Assembly: GCA_016840165.1 (NCBI GenBank)
Contig: JAEOSU010000052.1
Coordinates: 1-19,539 of the forward strand
Reading direction: 5' to 3'
DNA from: Promethearchaeota archaeon
GTDB lineage: Archaea > Asgardarchaeota > Lokiarchaeia > Sigyniarchaeales > SOKP01
Length of the DNA stretch: 19,539 nucleotides
Shown here: positions 7,098-15,820 of the stretch, piece by piece
How the letters are laid out: every line of letters begins with the position of its first letter
How positions within the stretch are numbered: position 1 is the first letter of the stretch
Made by a program: the position numbers and the translations under genes
Notes under the pieces: generated by a model
Databases searched by the model: none
Seen by the model: the letters and a program-made list of their open reading frames with translations, nothing else
What the model was told of the DNA's origin: nothing

Positions 7098-8165
7098 ATG
7101 ATTATAAAGATGTGGGTTAAGATAAAGAAGAATTCTCTAGAAAGAATTATTATATTATGCTTAAGTTTTATGATAATTTTGGGTATTTCTCTTACACTAC
7201 CAGTAAACAGTATTAAAAATTATACTAATAATATATATTCAGACTACTTCAAAACGGGTGATAGTAATGAAGCAGACTCTATACTAGTCGATAAGGTATA
7301 TACTATTAAAGCACCCAACGATACACTTACCTTCGAAGATCTCTATCTATTTCAGTATGCAAACTATAAATTTAGTTTAAATCTAGTCACTCCCCACAAA
7401 TGTAGAGTAAATCTTAGCCTCTTCGATCCTGAAGGGAGTAGATTTGATCTTGTGAACGCTACTTTGGAATGGAATATTATAGACTCACAAAATTGTGAAA
7501 CTTTTTATGGAGTTGCAATTGAGGGCATTTATAAAGTCCAAATTGATTTTATATTAGAAAATAATCTTAATATTCACTTCAAGATTGAACTGGATGGAGA
7601 ATGCTTTAACGAGATCCTTGAAGGAAAGCAAACCGATGAACTATTACTTTATCGCACAATTAAATTCACTTCTACTCGTTCTTATATTGAGCATCAAGTC
7701 TTTTTTGAAACTAATGTAAGTTACGATCTTTATATAGGAAGAGTATCATCAAATGTTTTCCAGGAAACTTCAACAATTTTAATGACTTATCTGCTTGAAG
7801 ACCCAGCAGGATGCGAATTCTCTCTTTTTAATAATTCAATTTTGCTTCCCCTCATGGAATATCATCACTCTTGTTTTCAAACAGCTATTTCGGGGCTACA
7901 CCTTCTTAAATTGAGAATTATTTGTAATGCACCAGTAAATATCGCCTATTTGATTCTAGATCCAACAATGAATTCTACACCTCCCAATAGCTCGCAAAAT
8001 CCTTTTAACGAACTTGATCAAGGGCAATACCATATTCCAGTCGAAATATTTTTCTATTGTACTCTTACAGTCGCATTGTTTCTCATTGGAGTTATTATAG
8101 TGTTTAAGGTTAATGGAAAACCATTCAAGCATCCTCTTCTAAATATCTGGAGCTACAAGAATTAA
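7098..8165 (+). CDS. Secreted, C-terminally anchored surface protein with two repeated beta-sandwich domains (paralog 2)
   Basis: Aligns with 5811..6842 along its length: VDKVYT..AP.D.L.F, VT.H.C..N.S..DP.G, N.NI...I, YIEH, Y.GRVS, N.AY. N-terminal hydrophobic segment and C-terminal TM. Confidence 0.85.
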   Translation: MIIKMWVKIKKNSLERIIILCLSFMIILGISLTLPVNSIKNYTNNIYSDYFKTGDSNEADSILVDKVYTIKAPNDTLTFEDLYLFQYANYKFSLNLVTPHKCRVNLSLFDPEGSRFDLVNATLEWNIIDSQNCETFYGVAIEGIYKVQIDFILENNLNIHFKIELDGECFNEILEGKQTDELLLYRTIKFTSTRSYIEHQVFFETNVSYDLYIGRVSSNVFQETSTILMTYLLEDPAGCEFSLFNNSILLPLMEYHHSCFQTAISGLHLLKLRIICNAPVNIAYLILDPTMNSTPPNSSQNPFNELDQGQYHIPVEIFFYCTLTVALFLIGVIIVFKVNGKPFKHPLLNIWSYKN

Positions 8166-8203
8166 TTTAATTGTAAATAATACCTCTTTTTACTGCTATT
8201 TTA

Positions 8204-8959
8204 TTACCAATGTGGCTCTTCGATTCCTAATTTACGTGCTTTTATGGCACGATGACGTTTTCGTGTTAATAATCTAAGATTAAATCGTTTGGAATGGTTA
8301 AGCTTTTGAAATACATTACTAAGAGCTCGAAAGCTATATTTGTATAGAAAATAGGCTATTGCAACAAGAAAGTACTGGAACATATATTGCATGAATTCAA
8401 TAGGCAACATAATTTTAAACCCGATAATCACTAAAATTATCGTAATGATTGAAATTGTTAAAAGAATGAGTTGATAAAGGGAGTATCTAGGGCTCCGCTT
8501 AAAGCCATAATAACAAAAACGGAAATCTGCAGGGGAAGGAGCGCTTCCAATGAAGAGAGAAACAATGAAAAAACCAACTCCAAGATATACAACTTCATTT
8601 AATCCGGAAATGTAAAATACATCGAAACAGGCCATAATGAGCCATGTTGAGATAAAAAGAGGTGAGATTCCAGCCAAAAGTGCTTGTAGGAAGGACATTC
8701 GGTAATACTCTTTTGGTCTTACCGAACCATGAGGTGCCACTAAACCTGTATTTCTATTCCTATATCTGACCCTAATATGCTCGACGGGAACGCCTAGTAG
8801 CTTACATAGAGTATAGTGGCTAAGCTCATGGACTAATACGCCGACAAAACCTAAAATATTTAATACAACTCGAAATGCTCCTAAATTTAAACGATAGACA
8901 AAATGCATTATAAAGGAGATTCCAAATACCATTAAATAGTAATACCAATCATTAAACAT
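8204..8959 (-). CDS. Membrane-embedded zinc metalloprotease (M50B/DUF3267-like)
   Basis: HELSH (HExxH) at the end of a TM helix, 'LLAGISPLF' and a distal 'APSPAD' supplying a likely third Zn ligand (Asp); about 6 hydrophobic segments. Confidence 0.8.
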   Translation of the reverse strand: MFNDWYYYLMVFGISFIMHFVYRLNLGAFRVVLNILGFVGVLVHELSHYTLCKLLGVPVEHIRVRYRNRNTGLVAPHGSVRPKEYYRMSFLQALLAGISPLFISTWLIMACFDVFYISGLNEVVYLGVGFFIVSLFIGSAPSPADFRFCYYGFKRSPRYSLYQLILLTISIITIILVIIGFKIMLPIEFMQYMFQYFLVAIAYFLYKYSFRALSNVFQKLNHSKRFNLRLLTRKRHRAIKARKLGIEEPHW

Positions 8960-8980
8960 GGAACTTATATCTCTTGAAGA

Positions 8981-8988
8981 TTTATAAA
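8981..8988 (-). promoter_or_regulatory. TATA box for a probably leaderless metalloprotease transcript
   Basis: TTTATAAA 22-29 nt upstream of the ATG at 8959, typical archaeal spacing; no Shine-Dalgarno evident. Confidence 0.45.
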
Positions 8989-9164
8989 TAAAAAAAAGGC
9001 TCTCTAATTCTAATTTTTATTTGTTTAGAGCCAAGGTATTGGTTTTTTCTCTTGAAAAAAAGAACAAAATGAAATTTCCTAATTCGCTCATAATTTTTTA
9101 TTTAAATATCTCTAATAATAAGACTTAGTACTATATTAAAAAATATTCACACGCGCGAATTAAA

Positions 9165-12125
9165 ATGAAAGATAAATTTTATTTAGTGAGAACTGGTATA
9201 TTATGCCTATTTTTAGTGTTAGTCTTATCTCTCACCTTGACAATGCAAAGTGGATCTTCAATTGGAAAAAATATTCATTTCAAATCAGAAGATCCTCAAA
9301 CTTCTGGGGATCCTAATAGGGAATTGATTGAAGAGATTATCGATATTAGAATGAATAATTTCTCCGAAGAAGGTTATTTTCCTCAATTCTATGAGGCCAA
9401 TCTACAATCCATATATTTTGCTCTTCATGCACTAGATACCCTTGATAGACTTAATACAATCGATAAAACTTCCCTTGCTAACATCATTATGAGCTATTAT
9501 TCGGATATTGAGCAATATTTTCTCGATAGTTATGCTTTACGTTATTTGGATACCGATTTCACCCTTGTGTATTATCCCCTTACCACCTTATTAGAGGTAA
9601 ATTGCTATGCAATTTTATCATTAAATCTCTTGGATAAGCTCGATTTAATCAATCCTTCAGCATTTATATCTTTTATATGGAGCTGTTACCAGCCTTATAC
9701 ATCAGGATTTATTGGTCAACCTTATGACACTGGATTAGCCTCCGAGTTCAAAATTGCCACCATGGATAATACTTATTATGCCGTATCCACATTAGATCTG
9801 TTCCTTTCAAGTTGGGATGCTTATCAGACTGAAGTTAGCGAATTAATAAATTTCATCAACAACCTTCAAGAGACAGAACCCCCTTACGGATTTAACAACG
9901 ATCTAAATGATATGTTCTATTCGTTAGAAATAATACCACAAACTGAACCAACTATTTTTTCATCATATTACTGCATCAAAACTCTTGAGATCTTTGGCCC
10001 TGGAGCAATTTCCTCCATTCGGGTAAATGATTTTCTTACCTATCTTTATGAATTATATGATGAGGAATATCATTATTTTGATTATACTCCTAATTCATTT
10101 TACCGGATCTGTAATATTAGTAATATTGTAGCTACAGCATTAGGTTTAGAACTTGCTGATATCTATAACCTCTCTAATATAAGTCGAACTGAAGTACTCT
10201 CCTTCATTTTTTCACATCGTACTTATATGAAAGGTTGGCAAAGTTCCACTGATTTATCATATCATGAACTCATCGATAGCTTCCAGATCCTCCGTTCTTT
10301 GAATAATCTCGGAGAGATCTCACAATTATCAACTGGAGAGAAAGATCAGCTGGCGGAGTATATTTCCTCGTATGAGACATTTAATGGATTTTCTCCCATT
10401 TGTCATGAATATATGAGTACTACCTATTTTGCCGATACTATTGAGATTTTATCCCTCTACAACGAGATTTTAAACTTTGATCTTGAAGCAATCTATACTG
10501 ATTTAAAACGCTCTATCTTCTATTCAGCACCAGAGAATTGTGAAGAATTCTTTGGGATCTGTCATATGGAATATATCGACACCGTTGACGGCAACTTACT
10601 TCTAAGATCTTTCCCTATTGAGTATTGGACTCATGGAAATCATGATTACATTAATGAACTCAACCATCAAGCCTCCTGGCGTTCAAATTTCGAAATACTT
10701 TCAGTTTTCAAAAATATATACAAATTAGAAGATTTTGCTATGGAAATGCAAACCGATTTTTCTAATTTAATTTCCAAAATTATAAGCACCCAATTTTTAG
10801 ATCCTTCAGTGCAATATAGTGCATATTATGGAGGTTTTCTGCCTTATCTATACTGCTTGAATTATGAAACTGGTACTCAAATAAAATATATGAATTTTGA
10901 ACATACCTATTATGCATTACGCACCTTGGAGTTGCTGAATGATTATTTGGACTTAGGTGAATTAAGAGATATTGGGTTTGATGTCAACGCTTTTGAAACT
11001 CACATAACTCGCCATTTAGTTGAAAACTCAACAGAGCTCTATTTTGAACCAATTTATGAAAAAAGTATGGATAGTATCCTTCAAAATACTTACTATATGG
11101 TCTATTGCCTCAATGCATTGAATGATTTTTCCCTTCCCACTTATAAAATCAGGAATTTTATAGAATCCAATTTGGATTATGGGAATATGCATAACATCTA
11201 TTATAGTTATAAATTAGTAGAACTACTTGATTTGGAAATAAATTTTGATCTAGCCCAAACCCAAGCTTTAGTAGCAGCACTCTATTCTGAGGAGTATTAT
11301 GATTTTTATCGTAGTACCGAGAAAACGATAATCGATCAAAGAATCTTCTACTATATTTGCGATATCGCTAAATTCAGTCCCATGAATATGAAAACTACCT
11401 TCCCTGATACGATTGCACTGGGTAAAACCTTTTCTATGGGAGTAGAATTCGGAAATCTTGTCGTTGCTGATTATGGGATCTATACTTCAGTGCGATTTGA
11501 AAGCTCAAATTTAGGGACTATAGTCTTGGAGCGATTGGATAATAATACCTATGAAAAGAGCGATATTTTTATCCCTACTGAAGTAGCGAATTATCCAGAA
11601 ATTAATGGTAACATTTCTATTTATGATGGGCTAACTCTCAAAGCTTCTTTTCCAATTGTAATTAACACCTATTATGAACGCTCAATCACGATTTCTGAAC
11701 AAGAACTAAGTAATGGAATTCGAATCAACGTTGAAGGCTCATACCTCTTTGGTTCGGGCATAGAGCCGCTATACGACTGTGAAATTTTTGCTGATGTTTT
11801 CCGAAATGGATTGAAAACTGGGACGATTTATTTTACTGGTGAGGATTTTACTACAATTAGCAAGTTCATACTAACCTATAACCCTCTGAAAGGTGGAGAA
11901 TATGAATTTTCTCTCTATTTGGAGGATCCCTTTCAGTTTGAGCCCGTCCTTTTAGGAAATGTAACTTATTTCTATTTATCTCCCGTCCCTGGAGAGAATG
12001 ATATTCCATCCACATATCAAGCAGATATTGCATTGTCCATTCCATTAGTAATAGGATGTATATCAGTACCATTAGGAGTTATTGGTTTTACTTCCCGTAA
12101 CAAACTGAAAAAAAAAATTAGCTAA
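9165..12125 (+). CDS. Large surface protein with prenyltransferase/squalene-cyclase-like alpha/alpha repeats, C-terminal beta domains and TM anchor
   Basis: Repeated (G)GF...TYY[AC]h..L..L units: SGFIGQ..NTYYAVSTLDL, YGFNN..SSYYCIKTLEIF, KGWQS..DSFQILRSLNNL, GGFLP..HTYYALRTLELL, NTYYMVYCLNAL. N-terminal signal/TM; C-terminal TM + RNKLKKK. Confidence 0.8.
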   Translation: MKDKFYLVRTGILCLFLVLVLSLTLTMQSGSSIGKNIHFKSEDPQTSGDPNRELIEEIIDIRMNNFSEEGYFPQFYEANLQSIYFALHALDTLDRLNTIDKTSLANIIMSYYSDIEQYFLDSYALRYLDTDFTLVYYPLTTLLEVNCYAILSLNLLDKLDLINPSAFISFIWSCYQPYTSGFIGQPYDTGLASEFKIATMDNTYYAVSTLDLFLSSWDAYQTEVSELINFINNLQETEPPYGFNNDLNDMFYSLEIIPQTEPTIFSSYYCIKTLEIFGPGAISSIRVNDFLTYLYELYDEEYHYFDYTPNSFYRICNISNIVATALGLELADIYNLSNISRTEVLSFIFSHRTYMKGWQSSTDLSYHELIDSFQILRSLNNLGEISQLSTGEKDQLAEYISSYETFNGFSPICHEYMSTTYFADTIEILSLYNEILNFDLEAIYTDLKRSIFYSAPENCEEFFGICHMEYIDTVDGNLLLRSFPIEYWTHGNHDYINELNHQASWRSNFEILSVFKNIYKLEDFAMEMQTDFSNLISKIISTQFLDPSVQYSAYYGGFLPYLYCLNYETGTQIKYMNFEHTYYALRTLELLNDYLDLGELRDIGFDVNAFETHITRHLVENSTELYFEPIYEKSMDSILQNTYYMVYCLNALNDFSLPTYKIRNFIESNLDYGNMHNIYYSYKLVELLDLEINFDLAQTQALVAALYSEEYYDFYRSTEKTIIDQRIFYYICDIAKFSPMNMKTTFPDTIALGKTFSMGVEFGNLVVADYGIYTSVRFESSNLGTIVLERLDNNTYEKSDIFIPTEVANYPEINGNISIYDGLTLKASFPIVINTYYERSITISEQELSNGIRINVEGSYLFGSGIEPLYDCEIFADVFRNGLKTGTIYFTGEDFTTISKFILTYNPLKGGEYEFSLYLEDPFQFEPVLLGNVTYFYLSPVPGENDIPSTYQADIALSIPLVIGCISVPLGVIGFTSRNKLKKKIS

Positions 12126-12169
12126 ACTTCAGAAATTAAGAACTAACAAAATTTTTTCTGATTTTTTCC

Positions 12170-12177
12170 TTTATAAA
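12170..12177 (+). promoter_or_regulatory. Candidate TATA box for the 12206 gene
   Basis: TTTATAAA 29-36 nt upstream of the ATG at 12206, right after the T-rich tract ending the previous gene. Confidence 0.4.
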
Positions 12178-12205
12178 GATTTACCATATACCGTATTAGA
12201 TAAAT

Positions 12206-14131
12206 ATGACTGATATGTTTGAGTCTATGCACCCTTCACCCGATGAGTTGCAGTTTATCCTTGAGTTCATAGAAGATGCTATAGCGTCTGGAGATTATAC
12301 TCAAGCCCTGAAAATGGCACAAAAAGCCTTAAAAACGTCAGAAGAGCAATATTGGGTTGACATTTTTGAAGGCCTAATTGAAAGGATTACTAACCTGCAA
12401 AATTCAAACTTAGTTGGAGAGGAATCACAGATTATTGAAAATAAAACCCCAAAAATCAATATACCAGAGATTAAATATCCTAAATTAAATCAAAAAATCC
12501 AAGAAGAATCGATTGATGATTTATGTCAATTATCGGGAGTTGGACCTGATATGGCTCAAAGGTTACATAATGAAGGTTATCACACTTTTACTCAATTATC
12601 GAGAACTAATCCTGAAGAATTGTCTCAAATAAGGGGTATAGAAGTTGCTACTGCGAGAGTAATAATCTCATCTTCACGTAGTCAGATCATTTCTCCTAAG
12701 AGGTCATCAAAAGTTCAAAAAATGCTTGATTTTGATACTCCATCAGTAAATCCCTTTACAGAGATGGAAAAACCTCCTAACCAATCTAAATTAAGGGATA
12801 TAAGAGAGCCTCGGATTCCTAATTATGACCAAATATTAAAAGCAGAGGAACACTGTAAAAATAATATAGTATCAGAACCCATAGATGCAATTAATAATCA
12901 TAAATTTAGCTCTTCCGATGAAGAATCTCCAAATATCTCAATTGAACAAGACCTAAAAAATAATGAAAAAGAAAATGAGATGCTTGAAGAAGAAGGAAAA
13001 GAAATTGATTCTGACCAAAATTTAAATTCCAATCCATATTTAGATGCAACTATACCAAAAAAAACAATAACATCTATTTTTCAAGAAAATGGCTACACAT
13101 TATTTCCAAGAAAACCTTCTTTTCGTTTCTATTTTCATGGAATAGACGGAATTAGTCTAAATCTATTTTCAATAACGCCATCTAAACAAGCTTTACTTAT
13201 TATCCCATATAAAATTTCTACCTTTTCAGAAAAAGTAATGGTATCTGAAACAGAAATCGGGTCATTTAATTCTGAAAATAAGACTCATCTTCCACATTTT
13301 GAAGTTTCTCTGTTAAAAAATCGAGAAAGTCTTCTGGAAGCTTTGAAATCGGACGGAAAGCTTATCAATCACATCTCGGAAATTCTCTGCGAAAACATTA
13401 GTCCTGAAAACACTGCTATCCATATCGAACCATTGCTCATCTTCTCTAAAGTACCAGGATTTAGAGAAAAATCAATTATATTTGCTTATCAAAAACGAAA
13501 TCAGCTCCATATCATAGGTCTAACTCAATTTACATCATTTCTTCAGTTTGTCCAAAAGAAAATTTTTTACATCGAAGCTTACGCTCTCTCTCGTCAAAGA
13601 AAGAATAATAATAGGCAATCTAGGGAAGTTTTAAACAAGAAAATCCGTCGTTTGTCCTATCCATTTATTGCTTATGGGGTAATTTTTGCTCTGATAATAG
13701 CTTCAGGATGGTATGATATACTTAAATTAGGTATATCAATTGGTTATGCCAGCATGATTTTTTATTTAATGGGACTTATCTTTTTAACGTGGAAGAATCA
13801 TCTACAAAAGAAACAAAACTTTGCGCAATCCTTACCTAGTAAAAGTCTGGAGCCTCTTACGTTTGATGAGGATGATTTAACATTGATTAAGGAGGAACTT
13901 ACCTTGGAGCAGATAACTCAGTTCAGTTATGAATGTTTTGGGAAACAGAATCCATATAAAATATTTGAAGAGGTAGAAAAAAAACAATTAGATAAAATAA
14001 ATGTTCAAAACTCGACCATAAGAAAGAAAGAAGTTCAAACCTCTTCAAAAAACTCTTCTAATGCTCAAATTTCAGTTATAAGTAAGGAAAATGAGCTCGT
14101 TAAGAAGTATAGCTCATTCCTCGACGATTAA
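12206..14131 (+). CDS. Membrane-anchored helix-hairpin-helix DNA-binding protein with a degenerate PD-(D/E)xK-like domain and 2 TM
   Basis: Tandem HhH 'DDLCQLSGVGPDMAQRLHNEGY...EELSQIRGIEVATARVII' (~12515-12670); low-complexity acidic linker; 'IFQENGY...GIDGI...LLIIPYK' (13067-13213); two TM (~13652-13792). Confidence 0.75.
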   Translation: MTDMFESMHPSPDELQFILEFIEDAIASGDYTQALKMAQKALKTSEEQYWVDIFEGLIERITNLQNSNLVGEESQIIENKTPKINIPEIKYPKLNQKIQEESIDDLCQLSGVGPDMAQRLHNEGYHTFTQLSRTNPEELSQIRGIEVATARVIISSSRSQIISPKRSSKVQKMLDFDTPSVNPFTEMEKPPNQSKLRDIREPRIPNYDQILKAEEHCKNNIVSEPIDAINNHKFSSSDEESPNISIEQDLKNNEKENEMLEEEGKEIDSDQNLNSNPYLDATIPKKTITSIFQENGYTLFPRKPSFRFYFHGIDGISLNLFSITPSKQALLIIPYKISTFSEKVMVSETEIGSFNSENKTHLPHFEVSLLKNRESLLEALKSDGKLINHISEILCENISPENTAIHIEPLLIFSKVPGFREKSIIFAYQKRNQLHIIGLTQFTSFLQFVQKKIFYIEAYALSRQRKNNNRQSREVLNKKIRRLSYPFIAYGVIFALIIASGWYDILKLGISIGYASMIFYLMGLIFLTWKNHLQKKQNFAQSLPSKSLEPLTFDEDDLTLIKEELTLEQITQFSYECFGKQNPYKIFEEVEKKQLDKINVQNSTIRKKEVQTSSKNSSNAQISVISKENELVKKYSSFLDD

Positions 14132-14213
14132 TTTTGAATTTTTCTGTTTTTTTCCTTTAAAAATAATGAATAAGATATAACTTCAAAATATCATCTTTAG
14201 TGAAAGATCTATC

Positions 14214-14963
14214 ATGAATTTAAAATCATATTTTAAAACATTATATATAATTGGAATATTCATATCCTTTCTTTCGCTCTTTTTTGAGTGGTATTCATTT
14301 CAAGCAAGAAGTTTGGATGGGGAATTAGTTGTATTTTGGAATTTTCATATAATTCTGGGGTGGGATACTATATTTTCTCCAGATGCTTGGTTTAATGAAG
14401 CCTTTAGACCCAGAGGGGAGCAATTTCCAATAATTATCCCTATTATTTATATTATAATCATGATAATTGCTATGTATTCAATCTTATTTATCGATCTGGA
14501 ACATCCTAATAATTTTGAAAAAGCGAAAATCTATTCATATATCCATATATTCCTCTTATTATTTGGTGGTTTTTTCATTTGCGTGATCCCTATTTACTAT
14601 TGGTTTTCTCAAGAACTTTTTTTCCCATATATCATCTTTAATGATTTTGAATTAGAAGTTATTTTTGAATATTCAGTTGGATTAGGATATCTATTGCAAT
14701 CTATAGCATTTACGTTCATACTTCCTTATTCTTTCTACTATTACTATACTACAACTCATTTTGAGAAAAGAGATGTGACTTTAGAGTCTGCTCTTCAAAA
14801 TATTATAAGCCAAGTACAAGAATCAATTGATTTTGATAAGCTTATTGCAGAAGAAAGATTAAAAATGCCTAATATTTCTGAGGAGATACAAACAATTACG
14901 CAACAAGAGATTCAAACCAACCAAATTTATAATAAATTTCTAAAATCGAGGGGAATTAAATGA
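14214..14963 (+). CDS. Four-TM membrane protein (claudin/PMP22-like topology) with helical C-terminal tail
   Basis: Four hydrophobic segments; Trp right after TM1, a beta-like loop ending LGW, and YSVGLGYLL leading into TM4; ATGA overlap with the next gene. Confidence 0.7.
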   Translation: MNLKSYFKTLYIIGIFISFLSLFFEWYSFQARSLDGELVVFWNFHIILGWDTIFSPDAWFNEAFRPRGEQFPIIIPIIYIIIMIIAMYSILFIDLEHPNNFEKAKIYSYIHIFLLLFGGFFICVIPIYYWFSQELFFPYIIFNDFELEVIFEYSVGLGYLLQSIAFTFILPYSFYYYYTTTHFEKRDVTLESALQNIISQVQESIDFDKLIAEERLKMPNISEEIQTITQQEIQTNQIYNKFLKSRGIK

Positions 14964-15817
14964 GCGAGCAACTTAATGACTTGAAATTGAAAAAACTAGT
15001 TGAATTATGTCTAAAAACCTTAAATTATAAGAAACTCGCGGTGGTAGGATTTACTCTGATAAGCAACCGAATGGATGAGATAGGAGTAAGTTTAGGTATT
15101 AAACCGCGGAATAAAGAGAAGGGAGAGAAAATCTACAGCTATATGACGATGATAAACGAAATTCTCCAAATAAACTTCAATATTTCTCTTTTTAAAGAAG
15201 AGATGATAGAAAACATCCGCAGTATTGAAATATTATTCCTTAGAAAACGAGGAGATTTATCAAAACCGAACATTAAATCAATATTTTCTTATTATTATGA
15301 GCTTCGTCAGTTAGAAGTGCCCAATGTCTATCAAACTATTAAACACGAGGATCTCGTCCAAAATCCGAAGTTAAAACTACTCTCTTTTCTTTCAGGACAG
15401 AAAGAGGAACATCACCAAGATGGTTTATATTTGCTTATACTACAAAAAATTAGAGAGGAAGAACGTCAAATGAAAGAGCAATTACAATCACAGTTCGATC
15501 CTGAGTTATTTGAAAAAACGCTTCAATTAAAATCCCTGCGTAACTCGTTAGAGCGACATAAATCTGGCAAAATTACTATCCAAGGGACACTCAGGGATAA
15601 TATAAACTATATACGCTCCAAGGATAATTTAGTTCTATATCTATTAATAGGTTGGATTGTGCTTTTAGGGATGATCGGAGTCGTCATCATTACTGAAACC
15701 TTATTATTTCCCCAAATTTCTGTTGTAATTAGTTCTTATCTCTTGCTAGTGTTAGGACCTATAGCAGTACTCATTTTGCTCTATCGTAATTATCGAAAGA
15801 ATCGTGGGGGTATTTAA
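14960..15817 (+). CDS. Hypothetical protein: N-terminal helical domain, coiled coil, C-terminal 2TM hairpin
   Basis: ATGA start/stop overlap at 14960-14963 with GAGGGG upstream; coiled-coil-like 'LQKIREEERQMKEQLQSQ'; two C-terminal TM and a basic tail. Confidence 0.8.
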   Translation: MSEQLNDLKLKKLVELCLKTLNYKKLAVVGFTLISNRMDEIGVSLGIKPRNKEKGEKIYSYMTMINEILQINFNISLFKEEMIENIRSIEILFLRKRGDLSKPNIKSIFSYYYELRQLEVPNVYQTIKHEDLVQNPKLKLLSFLSGQKEEHHQDGLYLLILQKIREEERQMKEQLQSQFDPELFEKTLQLKSLRNSLERHKSGKITIQGTLRDNINYIRSKDNLVLYLLIGWIVLLGMIGVVIITETLLFPQISVVISSYLLLVLGPIAVLILLYRNYRKNRGGI

Positions 15818-15820
15818 ATT

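Noticed and set aside
8998-9032. Inverted repeat GGCTCT...AGAGCC between divergent genes
   Set aside because: Only a 6-bp core with a long AT spacer; could be an operator but is too weak to call.
11866-12072. 68-aa - strand ORF
   Set aside because: Antisense inside the 986-aa surface protein; no motif.
12105-12125. C-terminal KKIS resembling a eukaryotic KKxx COPI retrieval signal
   Set aside because: Lys-rich tails after TM anchors are expected from the positive-inside rule and AT bias; the other anchored proteins here do not end in KKxx.
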